A stretch of 41,521 nt of DNA, from contig CAYZNH010000002.1 of the NCBI GenBank assembly GCA_964479775.1, positions 1 through 41,521 of the forward strand. Reading direction: 5' to 3'. How positions within the stretch are numbered: position 1 is the first letter of the stretch; every line of letters begins with the position of its first letter. This document shows, in pieces, positions 40,018-41,521 of the stretch. The translations under genes were made by a program, and so were the position numbers. Under the pieces are notes generated by a model, which had not been told where the DNA came from, did not search any database, and worked only from the letters and a program-made list of their open reading frames with translations. The DNA comes from an uncultured Candidatus Saccharibacteria bacterium (GTDB taxonomy: Bacteria > Patescibacteriota > Minisyncoccia > Phycocordibacterales > GWA1-40-21).

Positions 40018-41521
40018 CTATTCTATATTTAGTACTGTTGTTATTTCTGTTCTATTATAAACACTATCATAAACAACTATTTTAAATTCGTTTTCATCAA
40101 AAAGTGTATTTATTGAATTCGGAATAAAATTTATTGAATAAGGATATTCGCTTATAGAACCAACTAGTTCATTGTTCATATAGTAATTTACTTTTTGTAT
40201 AGAGAATTTTGATTTTATTTTTATGTTGGTTGTTAGTCTTGATGTCTTTTTATATAAAACACCTTCACTAGGAGAAAATATTTCTATTTTGGGTAAATTT
40301 TCCACCGTATGAATATTGTCAAAATCTGTTGGTTTCTCTGGAATTTCTTGTTTGTTTTTTTCTAACCATTTTTGAATAGGGTATTCCCAAAGTAAAAATT
40401 GAGCATCTTTCTCTGGTTTTTCTGGTTGTAGTCCTTGTGGGTCTTTTTTATTTATCCAATAAAGTATAGAGTGAACATTTTCTATAGCCATTTCTTTTTT
40501 TGTTTCGTTCGGTGTTAATTCGTTGGCAAGTTTACCTGAAATATTATCTATAAAATAAGTATCATTTCCTTGCCAAATTCCCCTTAGTATTGGTTTAATA
40601 GTTTTGTTTATTTCTTTTGGTAAATCAAAAGTTTCCCCCGTTGTACTTGCGAGTGCAATATCCATAATCTGGCGCCACATCGGGGCTATAATCATACCAG
40701 CTACTTTTTTCTCCATTGGGCTATTGTCATTATTTCCTGCCCAAGCACCAACAACCACCTCTGGTGTATATCCTATCGTCCAAGCATCCCTATAATCATT
40801 TGTGGTACCTGTTTTTGAAGCCACTTTCCTTCCTGAGAAATATAAAACAGAATTGTTTCCATAAGCTGGAATTTTTGCTTCTTTGTCTGATAAAATATCA
40901 GAAATTAATAGTGCGGTATTTTCATCGATAGACACTTCTGTTTTTTGTTCATAATTTTCTATTATTTTCCCGTTATTATCTTCTATTGATAAAATTCCAT
41001 TATGTTTATTTTTTATTCCATTATTAGCAAATACCCCATAGGCATTAGTCATTTCTAATAAGGTTGTTTCTCCACCACCAAGTACAAGTGTTAAACCATA
41101 CCTGTCTGGGTTTGAAAGACTGGTTATTCCCATAGCTTTTGCTGTTTGAATACTTTCTTTTATTCCAGCAAGATAAAGTGTTTTTATAGCAGGAATATTT
41201 CTAGATTGTGCGAGTGCATTTCTAAGTGATATTGGCCCCACATATTTACCATCATAGTTTTCTGGCATATAACAATCATTTTCAGAGTCACCATATAGTG
41301 GTTTTCCTTCTGGACTACAGGTACTTTGAAATTCTGTTTGTAAGTCGAATAAAACAGTATCAGGAGTATACCCTTTATTAAAAGCGGTTGCGTAGACGAA
41401 AGGTTTAAATGTTGAACCAGGTTGTCTTAGTGCGAGGGTTACATTATAATTACCATCTATTTCTTTATCAAAGTAGTCCCTAGAGCCCACCATTGTTAAG
41501 ATTTGACCTGTCTTAGGGTCT
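40018..41521 (-). CDS. Class A penicillin-binding protein (transpeptidase part plus C-terminal extension), 5' end outside the window
   Basis: The frame stays open to the window edge (DPKTGQILTMVGSRDY). Motifs SxxK (GSTFKPFVY), SxN (QSRNIPA) and KTG (SKTGTTND) are present. Confidence 0.92.
   Translation of the reverse strand, partial: DPKTGQILTMVGSRDYFDKEIDGNYNVTLALRQPGSTFKPFVYATAFNKGYTPDTVLFDLQTEFQSTCSPEGKPLYGDSENDCYMPENYDGKYVGPISLRNALAQSRNIPAIKTLYLAGIKESIQTAKAMGITSLSNPDRYGLTLVLGGGETTLLEMTNAYGVFANNGIKNKHNGILSIEDNNGKIIENYEQKTEVSIDENTALLISDILSDKEAKIPAYGNNSVLYFSGRKVASKTGTTNDYRDAWTIGYTPEVVVGAWAGNNDNSPMEKKVAGMIIAPMWRQIMDIALASTTGETFDLPKEINKTIKPILRGIWQGNDTYFIDNISGKLANELTPNETKKEMAIENVHSILYWINKKDPQGLQPEKPEKDAQFLLWEYPIQKWLEKNKQEIPEKPTDFDNIHTVENLPKIEIFSPSEGVLYKKTSRLTTNIKIKSKFSIQKVNYYMNNELVGSISEYPYSINFIPNSINTLFDENEFKIVVYDSVYNRTEITTVLNIE

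Noticed and set aside
1-41521. Alternative genetic code (UGA recoded, as in Gracilibacteria/Absconditabacteria)
   Set aside because: All conserved genes are full length under code 11. TGA also ends ORFs at sensible positions: GIY-YIG at 10390-10392, followed by an intergenic spacer, and the 84-aa ORF at 39934-39936, followed by a terminator.

Overview
This is a strongly AT-rich, tightly packed bacterial window. It uses the standard genetic code: TGA terminates ORFs, and all conserved genes are intact under code 11. Shine-Dalgarno motifs are almost absent. Several gene families are typical of Patescibacteria/CPR (Parcubacteria-like) genomes. This placement is an inference from gene content, not a database result.

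**Layout**
- The right part is the replication-origin neighbourhood: jag-yidC-rnpA-rpmH on the minus strand, diverging from dnaA-dnaN on the plus strand, followed by a class A PBP cut by the window edge.
- Housekeeping genes elsewhere are four tRNAs, cca, xth, a Xer-like recombinase, rpsO, pnp, a DksA-like protein, comM/yifB, a LysM-M23 peptidase, pcrA/uvrD and rsmA.

**Main candidate system**
- Ten co-directional, translationally coupled genes span 23743-34859.
- Four match type IV secretion components: a VirB4-like ATPase, a VirB6/TrbL-like polytopic protein, a PrgI/VirB3-like protein and a VirB2-type T4SS pilin. The other six are secreted or membrane-anchored proteins with no family I can name.
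- The window contains no relaxase, VirD4 or VirB11, and the cluster sits between core genes next to the origin.

**Intergenic repeats**
- At least four families of structured repeats are present. Three of them show compensatory base changes between copies.
- Two tRNA genes are followed by perfect palindromes that begin exactly at the tRNA 3' acceptor strand.

**Other notable features**
- The normally adjacent rpsO and pnp are separated by a roughly 2.9 kb islet holding a GIY-YIG gene, an NYN gene, a RelB-YafQ pair and one unknown gene. The islet is partitioned by one repeat family.
- A gene-poor stretch at 4037-6950 carries three perfect DnaA boxes about 31 kb from dnaA, a five-copy palindromic motif, an orphan terminator and a truncated TrmB-like gene.
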